A stretch of 64,000 nt of DNA from Nageia nagi (lineage: Eukaryota; Plantae; Pinophyta): contig JBITNC010000001.1 of assembly GCA_050084985.1 (NCBI GenBank), forward strand, positions 134,788,001-134,852,000. The letters are read 5' to 3'. A program made the position numbers and the translations under genes. Below the pieces are notes generated by a model, which was not told the DNA's origin, searched no databases, and saw nothing but the letters and a program-made list of their open reading frames with translations. This document shows, one piece after another, positions 28,501 through 41,041 of this stretch (within the stretch, counting starts at the first letter, position 1; every line of letters begins with the position of its first letter).

Positions 28501-31500
28501 ATGCATTTTGATGGAGCAAAATCAAATACTGGTGTTGGTGCCAGAGTTGTTTTGAAGTCCCCTAGTGGTGAGACAAAGAGATATTCCTTCCATCTGACTT
28601 AGAGTTACACAAATAATGCAGCAGAATATGAAGTCATGTGTCTAGGATTAGAACAGACACATAAATTGAAGATAAAGTGCCTGATTATTTTTGGTGATTC
28701 AGAACTAGTCATCAATCAAGTGACAAATAAGTGCTCAGCAAAGCATCACTACCTGAAGAAATACAGAAACAGAGTACGGGATTTGCTAAAAAGTTTTAGT
28801 GCTTTAAATATCATTGCAATTCCCACAGGTCAGAATAGTGAGGCTGATGCCTTAGCTTAGAAAGGATCAAATTTTCATCCCACTCATCACTGGCTGAAGA
28901 GAAAAGGCATCCAGCTGATTTTCAAACCCTCTGTCCCAGACAATGAGTGTTTCTGGAAGGTGTTTGATAGTGATGAAGACATAAATATATTCTTGGCAAT
29001 ACAATTGTTGTGTTCAGATAGCTAAGAGTCAATGGTTGAGATTTTCATAGAAGATGTGTTACAGTTGAGAAATAATACCTTACCAAGAGGTTTTATAGCA
29101 TTTGAAAACCTCTTCAACAAAGACAATCAACTGAGAAGAGAGAAGATAGTGTCTCCTCTTAAACACTTTCAGGAGTTAGAGATAGCCCCTAATAGAGTTT
29201 TGAAGATTGGTCTAAGTAATTCATCTAAAGAGATCTGGGAGATAGTTAAACTCATGAAGGAGTTTGTTGGCATTATGGCCTGAAGCTATGAAGACTTAAA
29301 GGTATTCAACAAAGATGTCATTCAACACACCATTGAGCTTAAGGAAGGAGTAATACCTTTTCGGTACAAATAAAGGCCAATAAACCCCAAAATAGAAGTG
29401 ATAATGCATTAGGAGATCCAAAATTTGTTTCAGGAAAAAATCATCTATCCCATCAAACATTCAACCTGGGTGGCCAATCTGGTGCCAGTCTGAAAGAAGA
29501 ACAGAGAAATTAGCCTATGTGTGGATCTCTAGAATCTCAACAGAGCCTCACTTAAGGATAATTACCCCTTGCCTCCCATGGAACAAATTCCCCACACTGT
29601 TGCAATATCTAAATGCTTCTCTTCCCTTGATGGTTTATGTGGCTATAATCAAATCTAGGTAAAAGATGAAGATCAGCACAAAACTATACTCACTACAAAA
29701 TGGGGTACCTTTGCTTTCTAACGAATGCCATTTGGTCTATCAAATACTGAAGAAACGTTTCAAAGGGAAATAGACTACGCATTCAGGGAGTTAATCAACA
29801 AATTTGTTCTGGTATACTTAGATGATATCATTGTTTTTCTAAAAAGAAGAAACATCACTTGCAGCATCTCCGGCAAACCTTTTTGAAGTGCCAAGAGTTT
29901 GAAATTTCATTGAATCCGAAGAAATCCATCTTTACCGTTGATCAAGGAAAGTTACTTGGGCATGTAATTTCAAACGATGGATTCTCCATTGATCCAAAGA
30001 GAGTAGAAGCCATCTTCAAGCTTTCTATTCCATCTAACATCAAAAAACCGCAAGCCTTCTTGGGTCAAATCAATTTTGTAATAAGGTTCATTCAGGACTT
30101 TGACGAAATTGTTCGGTCTATAACAAAACTACTCAAAGATAATATGCCTTTAAAATGGACACCAAAACGAGTGCAAGCTTTTGAACAAATAAAATCTGCT
30201 ATTATGTCTACTCTAGTCTTAAGGAATTTGGATTTTTCAAAGGACTTTATCTTATACGCATATGGAGCAGAAAAGAGCATTGTTGCAGTTCTAACACAAA
30301 AAGAAGATAAGCATGATGAGCATCTCATAGCCTTCTTTAGGCAAACTCTGCATGGAGCTAAAGAAAGGTATGAATTTATTGAAAAATAAGTGTTCACCAT
30401 TATAAAAACTCTTAATAAGTTTAAGCACTACATTTCCCAAAACAAGGTTATCGTGCTTACTATACACCTAGATGTTCGGAGCTATATTATGCAAGGTGAT
30501 ATGGATTCCAGCAAAGCCGAATGAATCACTAAAATTCTGCAGTACGATGTGGAAATTCGTCTAACCAAAATAATTAAGGGGAGAGCTCTTTGCAAACAGT
30601 TAGCAGAAGACCAAAGCTTTAAGTGTATCATGATTATAGAAGCTGAAAGTGAAGATAGAGAACTTCCAGAAGTTCCGAAAAAATCAGATGATTGGATAAC
30701 TCAATTTTCTACATATTTTGCTAGTGGTAGACTCCCTTCCGAGCTTAATGCTTCCCAAAGAAAGAGATTTAGGTTAAATGCGCTCAATTATTGTTTGACA
30801 AAAGATGTACTATATAGAAAAAATCATGAAGGAATGTTGTTGAGATGCATCCACCCGGAGAAAACTAAGGAAGTTTTAAAAGAGTTTCATTCGGGATTTT
30901 CTGGAGGTCACTACTCAGCATATACCATTGCTGCTAAAATTCTACATGCAGGTTTTTATTGGCCTTCCTTGTACATGGATTCTTTCGGATTGCCAAAGAA
31001 TGTGACAAATGCCATAGATTTGTGTGAATAAGAAGAATGGTCGATATGCCATTGCATCCTATTACAACAAAAGAACCTTTCCAGTAATGGGGCCTTAATT
31101 TTATTGGATCGATCAATCCAAGCTCCTTGGCCGGAAATAGGTTCATCTTAATAGCCACAGACTGTTTCACAAGATTGACTGAGACTCTTGCTACCAAACA
31201 TCAAGATAATGTACAATCATCTCTTTTATGGAGAAGATTATTACAAGGTTTGGCATCCCGCAAACTGTCATATCTGATAAGTGTCTGGTATTTCTAAGAG
31301 CCAAAGTTACAGAGTTCGTCCTCAAGTATGACATCTATTGGAAGACCTCTTCTAATTACTACCCTCAGGGTAATAGATTGGTTGAATCAACGAACAAAAA
31401 TTTGTTAAGAATCTTGAAAAGGACAGTAGCTGAAAACCAGAAGGACTAGGATAAAATGCTCAACCTGGCTCTATGGGTCGACCAGATCACATATAAATCA

Positions 31501-34500
31501 TCAATCAAGAATTCTCCTTATATTTTAGTATATGTTAAACGAGCAATACTTCTGCCTCACATTGAATTACCCGCCTTGCAACTGCTCAACCGGTATGAGA
31601 TGAATGATACAGATCCATTGCAAGTGAGGATGTTCGGTCTTATCTACCTAGATGAGCTCTGGGAGAATTCATGCAGAGAAATCCATAAAATGAATAACAT
31701 AGCAAAGAAATGGTTCGACAAAAGGTATGCATCCGATGTTGCTTTCAAATGGGGAGATTTGGTGTTGAAATGGGATGAAGATCGCGCCAAGCTAAGACGC
31801 CATCGCAAGTTCGATTCCTTGTGGTCCGGCCCATACACCATCATTCGATAAATCCAAAAAAATGCATTTGAGTTGGAGGGGTCAGATAGCCGGATCCTTC
31901 CGATCATGATCAATGGCTACATTTAAAATTATATTCCGCCCGTTAGACACGTAAGTGTTTAATATGTAAATATTGTAAATATTTTAAACGTTAAGTTTTC
32001 CCGTTGCACAATTTTCAAGGCAAATATTACATTAATTAGGATAGTAAATGCATGCTTAACCATTTTAATCTCGCTAGAGAGCCATGCCTTAGTCATTTTC
32101 CCTTCGCCTTTTGAGAAATCGAGAGCTTAGGGTTTTCAGAGCATCTTGCGATTTCAGCCTTCGAGATCGATTCCATCAGCTAAATTTGCAAGCTTTAGCC
32201 AAAATGGGTAAGTCCTCCACAGCTCAAAGCACCATTAGGGATAGGAATAAAAACTTTTTCGATACCAACTTGTTAAGCCACATTGATTTTAAAAATAAAC
32301 CGTCTAAATCCGAAAAGGCTGAAGTTGGTTCCCTCTAGAACCTTCTCTATCAAATCAACATAATTGTACCCTTCATGTGGTATAGGTGTCACCCTTGCCT
32401 TGAATTGGTAGAAGCCCTAGCTCCCTTAACCTAAGCTGAAACCCAAAAGGTGCAAAACAATCAAGGAGCAGTAATCCTAGACCTAAGCGCTTTGTCTTTC
32501 ACAAGGCCTTCTTCCAGCCAAATTACACGAAGCCCTAGGCCAGTGTGAAGGTGGTTGGAGGAGATATAGACAAATACTCGCTTGAGTGGTTGAATCCATA
32601 CCTGTTGAGCCTGACAACAGAGAAAAAGAAATACTATTGAATTTCAAGGTTCAAACCTGATTTGTCATGTTTAATTATGATGATCATGGTGCTATGTGAA
32701 GAGAAGGACATCTAGATCGTTTAGCCAGAGCATGTTACTATGGCTTACAAAGAAATCAAGAACAACTTCGGTTATCACCACGACTAGTTTGAGATGGTCA
32801 GTGACAAGGTGGCTGTGAGGTTGACAAATAAAGACAGACTAAATGAATACCACTATCCCTCTCTACTCTGGTGGCTTCTGCTCCACCAACATCCAGAGGC
32901 CTTTCAGGATCTACAATTAACTTAGACATATGAGAATGGGGAGCCAAAGAGAGTAGATGAATGGACACGGGTGCTTAATATCAACAATTCTTACTATGAT
33001 TTTGTAAGGTATTTTCTTCACCCGACCCTAAACTTCATTTCGGCATAACTCACCCTCTATTGTCCAAAGCAGCAATGGTAAATTTGAACTAGGGGCAATT
33101 TCGGAAGGGTGATGTTTATTTCACCAAGAACTATACAATCATCATTTTGAATGGGTTCTGTGAGAAACCCATGAAGCTCCCATTCTTTGTTTCAAACTAG
33201 GTCTTCGGGATGGAGGTGACCAGGTAGGAAGACTATGTAGAAACTTCATGGGGAGTCCCGGAAGGTAAAAAGGGGATATACACATATTCACTAGGCTTCG
33301 ACTCCATCCAAGCCTATAACAAATATTGCTGAGAATATTTGACGAAGAAGATGGAGAAGCTACAGTTCCAGCAAATCGCGATCTCTTGGTCGTATGATTC
33401 CCTGGGAGTCTTCACGGCTCATTTGAAAACGGTCAATTCAAAAGCCCCGGATTTCATTAGTGTCAATGGACAAATTTGAGAGTTTTCGAAACAATTCTTA
33501 GGACGGTCCATTCTTATCGGATGCATTATTAGAGACTTCTTGCTTGCCCCTGTGGAGGCAAAGTTACAGTGTGAAGATAGACTACTCATCTACTTCCAAC
33601 AAAGACATTAGCCCACCAAAGGCTCTTCAAAAAAGCCTAGATAACTCCAATTGGCCATAGCACAAGAAGTGTTTCGTGCAATATCGTGTGGAGAGTAAGC
33701 AAAAGTCGAAACTGTGGATTTGCAACCAAGATTAGATGTTCTTAGACGCCTATGACAAAGAATTTGCTATCGAGACGCGAAGGAAGAAATCTGAAACAGT
33801 AGAAATAATTTCAGAATTCATTGAAGGTAAAGGCAAAATGACCACAAAGGAGCTAGCACTGCTCGAGAAACAAAAGAAACAGACCATTATGCCTAGCCAA
33901 AAGCTACTGTCCGCCTCCATAAAGGCGAATGTTGTCAGGCGAGTGGATGACAAGCCCATGTTAGAAGAAGAGAAGGCTTACTTAAAGCAGCTAGAGAAGA
34001 ATTTTGCAGAAGCAGACGAGATGGAAAGGTTGGAGCAAGAAAAGAAAGATGTTGGCTTGGTTTAACAGCTGGAGAAAAACGAAGCTCCAAAAAAGAAGAA
34101 ATTAATTCAGAAAAGGAAAAAGTCTTCAGAGGAAATCCCTCGAAAAACCAAGAAAACAAAGAAAGGGGCAAAACCTTCTCCAAAGCCCAAGCCTCAGAAA
34201 GTGATCCTACAAGGGTCAACAACTGAGAGCGACAAACAGACGGTTGGAAAGCCTAGAGATAATGGAAGTGAGGACTCTGACTCAGCTCAACCATTCTAGG
34301 TGTTTAGAAGGAGGAGCTAGAGGAGGACACCCTCACCAAAGGAGACTTTGGTCAGGGAAGGGACTCAAACACCTTTGAAGAGACAAAAGGTGAAGCCGGA
34401 GGTTCAAACAGCAGAGGTGAGGTCCGAGTAAACTCAGTACATCCCATCTCCCCCACACTCTATTCTGCCCAAGCCATAACCCACCAAGACTGGCGATGGA

Positions 34501-37443
34501 AAATACAATGATGAAGACATAGTCGTCACTGTGGTGCCACCCATCTCACTTAAAAAGATCAATGTTACAACTTGGTCCACATATTAATGTAATATTGATA
34601 AATCCAATAAAGCGTGGTTTGAAAAGCACCAAAAAGAACAAAAGATACAGGGTAAAATCCAGCTAAATAAAACCATAGACATCTGGAAGAAGATGCTGGA
34701 GATTTCAACAACACAATTGGATGCAAAAACTAGGCAGCCCGATGATGCAACAGGCATCTCCCTCCAGCTAAGATCAGCCAAGTGAATAAAATAAAGATAA
34801 TTAAGACCAGGATGACCTTGATGGACGTAGACATCATGATGACGGAGAGAAAAGTTGACAAATTGGAGAGGTTGCAGGCCACATCCCTTGAGAAAGAACA
34901 ATTTCATATGACACGGATAAACCTTTTGAACCAACAGATCCAGCAACTGCAGCAAGTGGCTGAATCCTCCAAGCTGAATAAAATCATAAAAGAAAGAGAG
35001 GAAGATTTAAAGGCTAAAGGCATAGAGCTAGCCATGAAAAATGATCGGATTCAAGCCTTGGAATTAGAAATAGATGCACTAAAGAATGCCCTCAAAGGGA
35101 AGGAAGCAGAGTGTAAAGCTTTCGAAGAAGAAAAGAAAAAACTGCAAGAAGATTTAAAGACCGTCCAGGATGCAGGTATGAAGAAAGATGCAAACATGAA
35201 GGCAGCTGCTGACAATTTTACTAAAATAAAAGTCGAGCTGGAAGAAAAGCTGAAGAGCAAGGACCAGACTCCTCCATCGCAAGGGATACAAGCACAGGCA
35301 AAAGCGATTTTTCCCATAGATGCCTTGAAAAGCATAAAGGCCGAATATTGGAGAAAGGTAATTCCTATTTTGATTTTGTTGAATTCTGTTTGGGAATATG
35401 TATTGTATTATGAGAAGAAAATAGAAGAATACAAATATGTGTTAGATGCAAAGAGTAGGATAGCCAAGATGTCTGCTGAGAACACAGAGATTATCAAAGT
35501 AATGAAGCAGAAGGATATCACAAACACAGGTGTTAGCAACACCCATGACAAGATCTTGGCTATGTCTCAAAAGATGACCAATCTACAGGCGCTAATCCTC
35601 TGTATAGAAAAATGCATAAAGTCATCAAAATTGGAGACAAGAAAGTTAAATAGAGCATTGGCAATTTTTGACAAAAATAAGATGCCACCCCTCTACAAAC
35701 CAGATAAAAAAGTATATACCTTGGAGGAGATGAAAGATTTTTGTGACTCTGCTCAGAAGTCTGGTGACAGTTTTGTGGATTGGGCTGAGGACAATTTTGA
35801 AGACAAGTTCTCCAAGTTTGCCCAGGAAATGATGAAAGTAGAGAAGTGGACGATTGAGTTCTCCAAGATAAAATCTAACATCAGCTTGAAACTGATCAAT
35901 TAGTTTGTCTCTCTGGCTATACTCATACAAGAAACGGGCATGTCTTCTAATGAAGAATGGGCCACAGCTCTGGCCATTTTACCTAAAGATACACCTAAGG
36001 ATGGAGCCACATGAGGTATTGTCTTGTAGTGATTATTAGTTTGTTTGTATATTAGTTTCAATTTTTTAAATATAGGTTTGAGATTTGACGGGCACAAATC
36101 CTCTAGCAAGTCCCCAAAATGTATAGTCATACATATTTTCCTGGAGAAATAAGAAGATTTTGTATGGGCACATCCTCTTTGATAGCCATAAGTGTTGATA
36201 GTATGATCATACTTAGCCAATTTTGTGCAGAATATTGAAATTTGGTTTTGGCTAAACTCTAATAGTTTTGTCACATGCTCAACCTAAATAAGGAAAAGGA
36301 CTTACTCAATATTCATAGTATTTGATTTTGGCAGAACTCTGACAATTTTGTGAGTCATAGACATTGTCGGAATTCCAACAGAATCAGAACAAAAGTGGCC
36401 TCAGCTCTTTTGAGAAGTATTTAGTTTTGACGGACTTTCAACAGAGCGAAGATGGTAATATTTGGCCGGAACTCCGGTTGAATCCTTCACATACCTCCGT
36501 CAATCTAAAACCCTGCCACAGGTGACCCAAGCACTAAGTGAAGAAAATTCCAGAGATACTACATATTGTAGACCATATTTTGAGGATTCAAACCCTAATA
36601 GTTCAAGCATATGATTATGACGAATCCATCCGAATCCGAGAGCATGAAGATAGTGCTGAAAGTTCGATGAAATAAAATTTCCATTCAAGAGGCGATTTCG
36701 ACCGCCAAATCCAAGTCTCAAGTTTCGGATACATTGATGGCGTTCAAATGTGCGAGAGATGACTCTAGGGAGTTAAAGATTTAGATATAGATTGTAAACC
36801 GTATCAAAATCAAATGTAATACGAAGTTAGTTATAGGTTCTTTTATATGTCAGAGTTTGTCACGAATTTGTTAGCATAGATTCTCTAGCAAGAAACTATA
36901 AGTAGTAGTGTTATGAAGAAGAAAGGGGTCGGATACATTAAATATTGCCCCTATTATGTACTTGTGCCAAAGTACAATAGAATATGAATTGCTTTTTGAT
37001 CTCTTAGTTATGATTTTTCTTTCACTATTCTTAAACCATTGTGTGATCTGTTTATTTGCACTTCATGGATTGTAAGAGATAATTAATAATCGACCTGTAT
37101 CTATAAAGCTTTCATGTTTTGTTGTAATTTGAAGTGTCATGCTTAGTTCGGTGGTTATGAGATAGAACTATTTGAACAGTACAGATTCTGCTTTAATGAA
37201 TGCCTGGGCTGGTCCAGATTTGTTTGATTTTCCTCTAAGCACTCGTTAGCATACTAATAAATTTACTTTTATTCCGTAGTTTTATTTCCAGCAACTTTTA
37301 CTTTCGTAGTTAGTCTATTCGGTCCGATCAAAGGAGCCAGCCTTCTCCGGGTACGCAACTTCTAGCAATAAGGATTGCATCCTTCAGAATTACTATTGTG
37401 GCTTAAATACACGGGCATGTGTTTTACCACATCTCAGTCAACA
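25502..37443 (+). mobile_element. Ty3/gypsy Tat-lineage element, GAG-PR-aRH-RT-RH-INT plus an extra 3' ORF
   Basis: 3' LTR 36193-37443 (TGTTGA...TCAACA); 5' LTR remnant 25502-25805 matches its last ~330 bp; PBS-like TGGTACACCCGATG near 25821; gag 26170-27300; protease NCMIDSGA ~27930; aRH WKMHFDGA..NNAAEYE..FGDSEL..NSEADALA 28495-28860; RT YLDD ~29815; RH ~30240-30600; INT 30800-31940. Confidence 0.93.
32204..35903 (+). pseudogene. Large extra ORF downstream of integrase in the Tat element; C-terminal coiled-coil segment 34782-35903 is open
   Basis: ATG at 32204; fragmented frames through 34780; 373 open codons rich in K/E heptads, ending ~290 bp before the 3' LTR. Confidence 0.7.
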
Positions 37444-38845
37444 CATTGCCTTAACAAATTTTTGTAAGCCCATAGCTGGTAGATTCATAAGCATTTTGCA
37501 AGTTACACTAGACGGTAAGTAAATCAGAATGCCTTGCATTAACAAAACTCTTCTTGTCCAAACCCTCAACTATCTAAAATAACCACATCATGGTGACTCT
37601 GCTGTGAACCGGACCACTCAGGTTTTGTATGACCTCCCCCAAGAGGGACCTTCACAATACACCGGTCACTGGTTGTCAAACAAATAATTCACAATCTACT
37701 TACTAATTTATGGCGGTCATTTTTTGCATTACGAGGACATCAGCCTCATCTTCCATTCCTATTGAAAGTTTGATCCATGGTGTTTTAAAATGGCAGCATT
37801 TATCACATACCATTGATCTTTATGTTGTTAATTGTAACTCCCACAACCCATTTTGCTCACCATCTCACAAGATGATTCTCTTAGCAACGGATAGATTTCA
37901 CCACGACTTTTCTGTTCTCCATTGGATTACTACTGCAGTGAAGAATTGCACCCCTGATTTGGTGGCCTTTTTCTTTGATAGCTTTTGCACCAAACATGAC
38001 AAAAATTATATAGTTGTAAGTAAGCAAAATTTACAAGAATGAATCTCCTTGCAATCAATCAAGACAAATTGGGCCAAAACATATATGTGTATTTAAACAT
38101 ACTCAAAACATCACCCTTGACTAAAATAGCATCTAGATTCTCATAATTGCATCTATCATTGATTGACATAATGATGAAGAATGGCTTTTCATACATTCTA
38201 TGGTCGAGATTTTCTATGACTTGATCTGTAACAAACTGCACAGCTGATATGAAGTGAGTTATTTTTTAAAATATCAGTAACATAGACATAAAGGAATAGA
38301 GATATGACTTTCTTGTGCTTTAATGTATTTTCTACATTGTACTTTCATAACATTTGGAGGTTTTTGGCCAATATGTAGCTTTAAACGTGGCGAAACAAGT
38401 AATTATAACTTACATTGCATTACAACACACACAATCTGATGTTTTCCATTTATCAAAATACAGTGCACTGATGTGTATGCAATTGTTTTCTGTTTGCTTA
38501 TAAATGTTTCTAAGCAACAAATGATGCACATATATTTCCACTGTTGGAATCCATTAAAGTATAATCCCTCTCCCCTACCAAAATGTACAAAGTGATCTCA
38601 ATAGAAAGTGCGTACCATTTTAATCAATCCTTTATTCATGTAAAGGCATGGAATACCTCAAAGTCCAGAAAAGGCCGGTATGTTTAGAACTAATTTTGTG
38701 GAGTAAAGATATTATGTTTGTGACAAACAACCTCTAAAAATCTTAGGTATGGAAAATGCATGTAGAAGAAACACAGTTATAAAGAAACTACACGGAGAAT
38801 CTTGCCATAAAAAGGGTTTGACTTCATCTCAGGACACCCAATTTT

Positions 38846-39581
38846 TCAGAAGTTCATCCTTTTCGGTAAGTCTCTACCAAATAAGAATGTTTGAAACAAT
38901 TCCAAGGATCTAGCAGGCTGAGCCAATGGAACCATATGACCTGCCCCTCGGACGGTTGCAAAGGTTAAGTAGTTTCCATAGGCAATTGTCCATCCAGCTA
39001 CCTGTTTGTTCATCAAATATTTTTAACCATCAATGGGCAATATAGACAAGTCCAATACAATTCTCAAACATACATCATTTCACAATCCAATGATATAATA
39101 AAATACATTTAAATTATATACCTGCCCTTTCTGATACCAAGGACGGTAAGGTACTCTCACAGGCATCTGCAAGTCATTGGCTAGTTTACGAACATTAGAT
39201 CGTGATCCCAACAATGGGACCACTAAGTCTTGGTCTCCGCTGCGGAATCAAGTGATTTGTGCTTATGTTAAAAATTTTACTGCTCTCAATATTACAACGT
39301 TTTATCTTTACTTCTTCCAATTGTTCAAGACATGTTACCAAATAGCATCTCTTCATTTTGCAAACCATTTTATGTTCTAAAAACAAAAATATCATGCTCT
39401 GGAAAACACAAACCTATGGATCATTAGATATACAAGTTTTTATATGATTCAGAAAAGAGATCATTTTGGATTATTTGATGAACCTCACCTGAAAATCCAA
39501 ACAGTCTTGTTATATTGAATGATGTTTTGGAGCACAGGAAGAATATTGATTCCCAAGTCCAATTTATGGTAATCAACGACA
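38846..39581 (-). CDS. Serine carboxypeptidase-like (peptidase S10, clade II, SCPL42-like), last three exons: 39581-39489, 39239-39122, 39001-38846
   Basis: GT-AG introns with consistent phases; translation [121 protein letters not shown]; catalytic Asp (GDQD) and His (GHMVP) present; no internal stops. Confidence 0.95.
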
Positions 39582-40542
39582 CTGTTCCAATTAACAATAT
39601 TAAGACACCAAGTCAGTTTTGAGGGCAGTACAGTTGCATGCATAAACAAAATCCAAAGAAAAACTACATGATAAAGGAACCAAGCATCAAAGAGCGCTCA
39701 AAACACCTCAAAGAGCATATCCAGTGAGCCTGGAAAATGAAGCAAGGTAAAATTTAAAAATTGCATTATACCTCTATACAGTTGTGCTCGTTATTTCAAT
39801 CATTGCAGTTTCTAGCAATTCTGGAATCTATGTAATCTATAGATTGATTAATCATGTTTAAACATCAACTGCACATAAAACCACTTGAGAGCTAACTTTT
39901 TTTTTTTATTAGATTCAGTGAAATCATCCATCACCATTTTGCTAGTGTAAGTTGATACCTCTCAAAAAATGTGACCTTCCAGCGATTTACTTCTTAAAAT
40001 CAAAGCATGAATCAGCATGAAGATGATTATTACCAATTGGCTCTTATTACTGTGTAAACTCTATGTTCTATGCAATCTTTTCCAAATCAATAATTGCTTT
40101 GTTTTAATGAAAACAAAAACCTAAACTACTTTTGTGAAACTCTTAAACAAAAACCTAAACTACTTTTGTGAAACTGTTTGAACGAACAATTTCATTTTCC
40201 ATAAACATACACGAAGCAAGAAGTTGAAATACTGAGAAAGAATTTAGTGTACAAAACAACTAAAAGGAATATGAAACTAAACATACCCTTCATGTTATTC
40301 TTTAGCATCAAGTAAAGAACACATGGAGTGGAATGGTTTCGACCAAATTGCTAGAACAATGCACATCACCTCAAATATCGCATGAGTTCAAACTTCACAA
40401 GTTTTTGCCACGTAAGTGTATAAACTGCCTAGATGTCTACTTAAAGATTTTGATATTTTATCAATTTCAAATGAACCAATCCTCAGCAATATTTAAAAAA
40501 GCATAATTTTTAAAATATTAAAGGGTTGCACATGAATAAAGA

Positions 40543-40580
40543 TACATACACACACACACATATAGAGAGAGAGAGAGAGA
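40543..40580. repeat. Compound microsatellite (CA)n-(TA)n-(GA)n
   Basis: Directly visible. Confidence 0.9.
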
Positions 40581-41041
40581 TGCACAAAAGTTCATGCCAA
40601 AGGGACCTTTGTTGGACAGTTGAAATACAGTGGTGATAAGGCACACTAGGGGTGACATTGGTGATAGTGCCAAGGCTTTATGTGATCTGTTTAATAGAAG
40701 CAGTTAAGGAAGTTGGTGATGATGAGGCAAGTGATGTGGAATAGGGACCCAGCCAAAACCCTCATTGAGAAATCCAAAAAGTGAAAGAATTTTCTAATCT
40801 TTTGAAAAAGCGTTTTCATTTTAAAAAATCTGAGCTTTTACTAATCCTTTAGATATTTTTTGGCTTACCCCAAGCTTCCTAAGTAGTTTGAAATTCTTCC
40901 ATTGATAGAAAAACTTTAAATTAAAAAAAATTTAAACTGTCAATGTCCGGTCACAAATAAGATACCTCCAAACCCTACAATTTTGATAAGCCTATAGATG
41001 CCACATTTCTAAATATAAACTCAAGTTGGATGATCATAACT

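Noticed and set aside
37669-37756. Putative first exon MEDEADVLVMQKMTAIN spliced to 37668
   Set aside because: Would need a 35-nt intron, too short for a typical plant intron
39707-39729. AG/GT-flanked 23-nt micro-exon upstream of the SCPL exons
   Set aside because: Does not encode the expected SCPL sequence
40112-40175. ~34-bp tandem duplication
   Set aside because: Ordinary slippage duplication with no further structure
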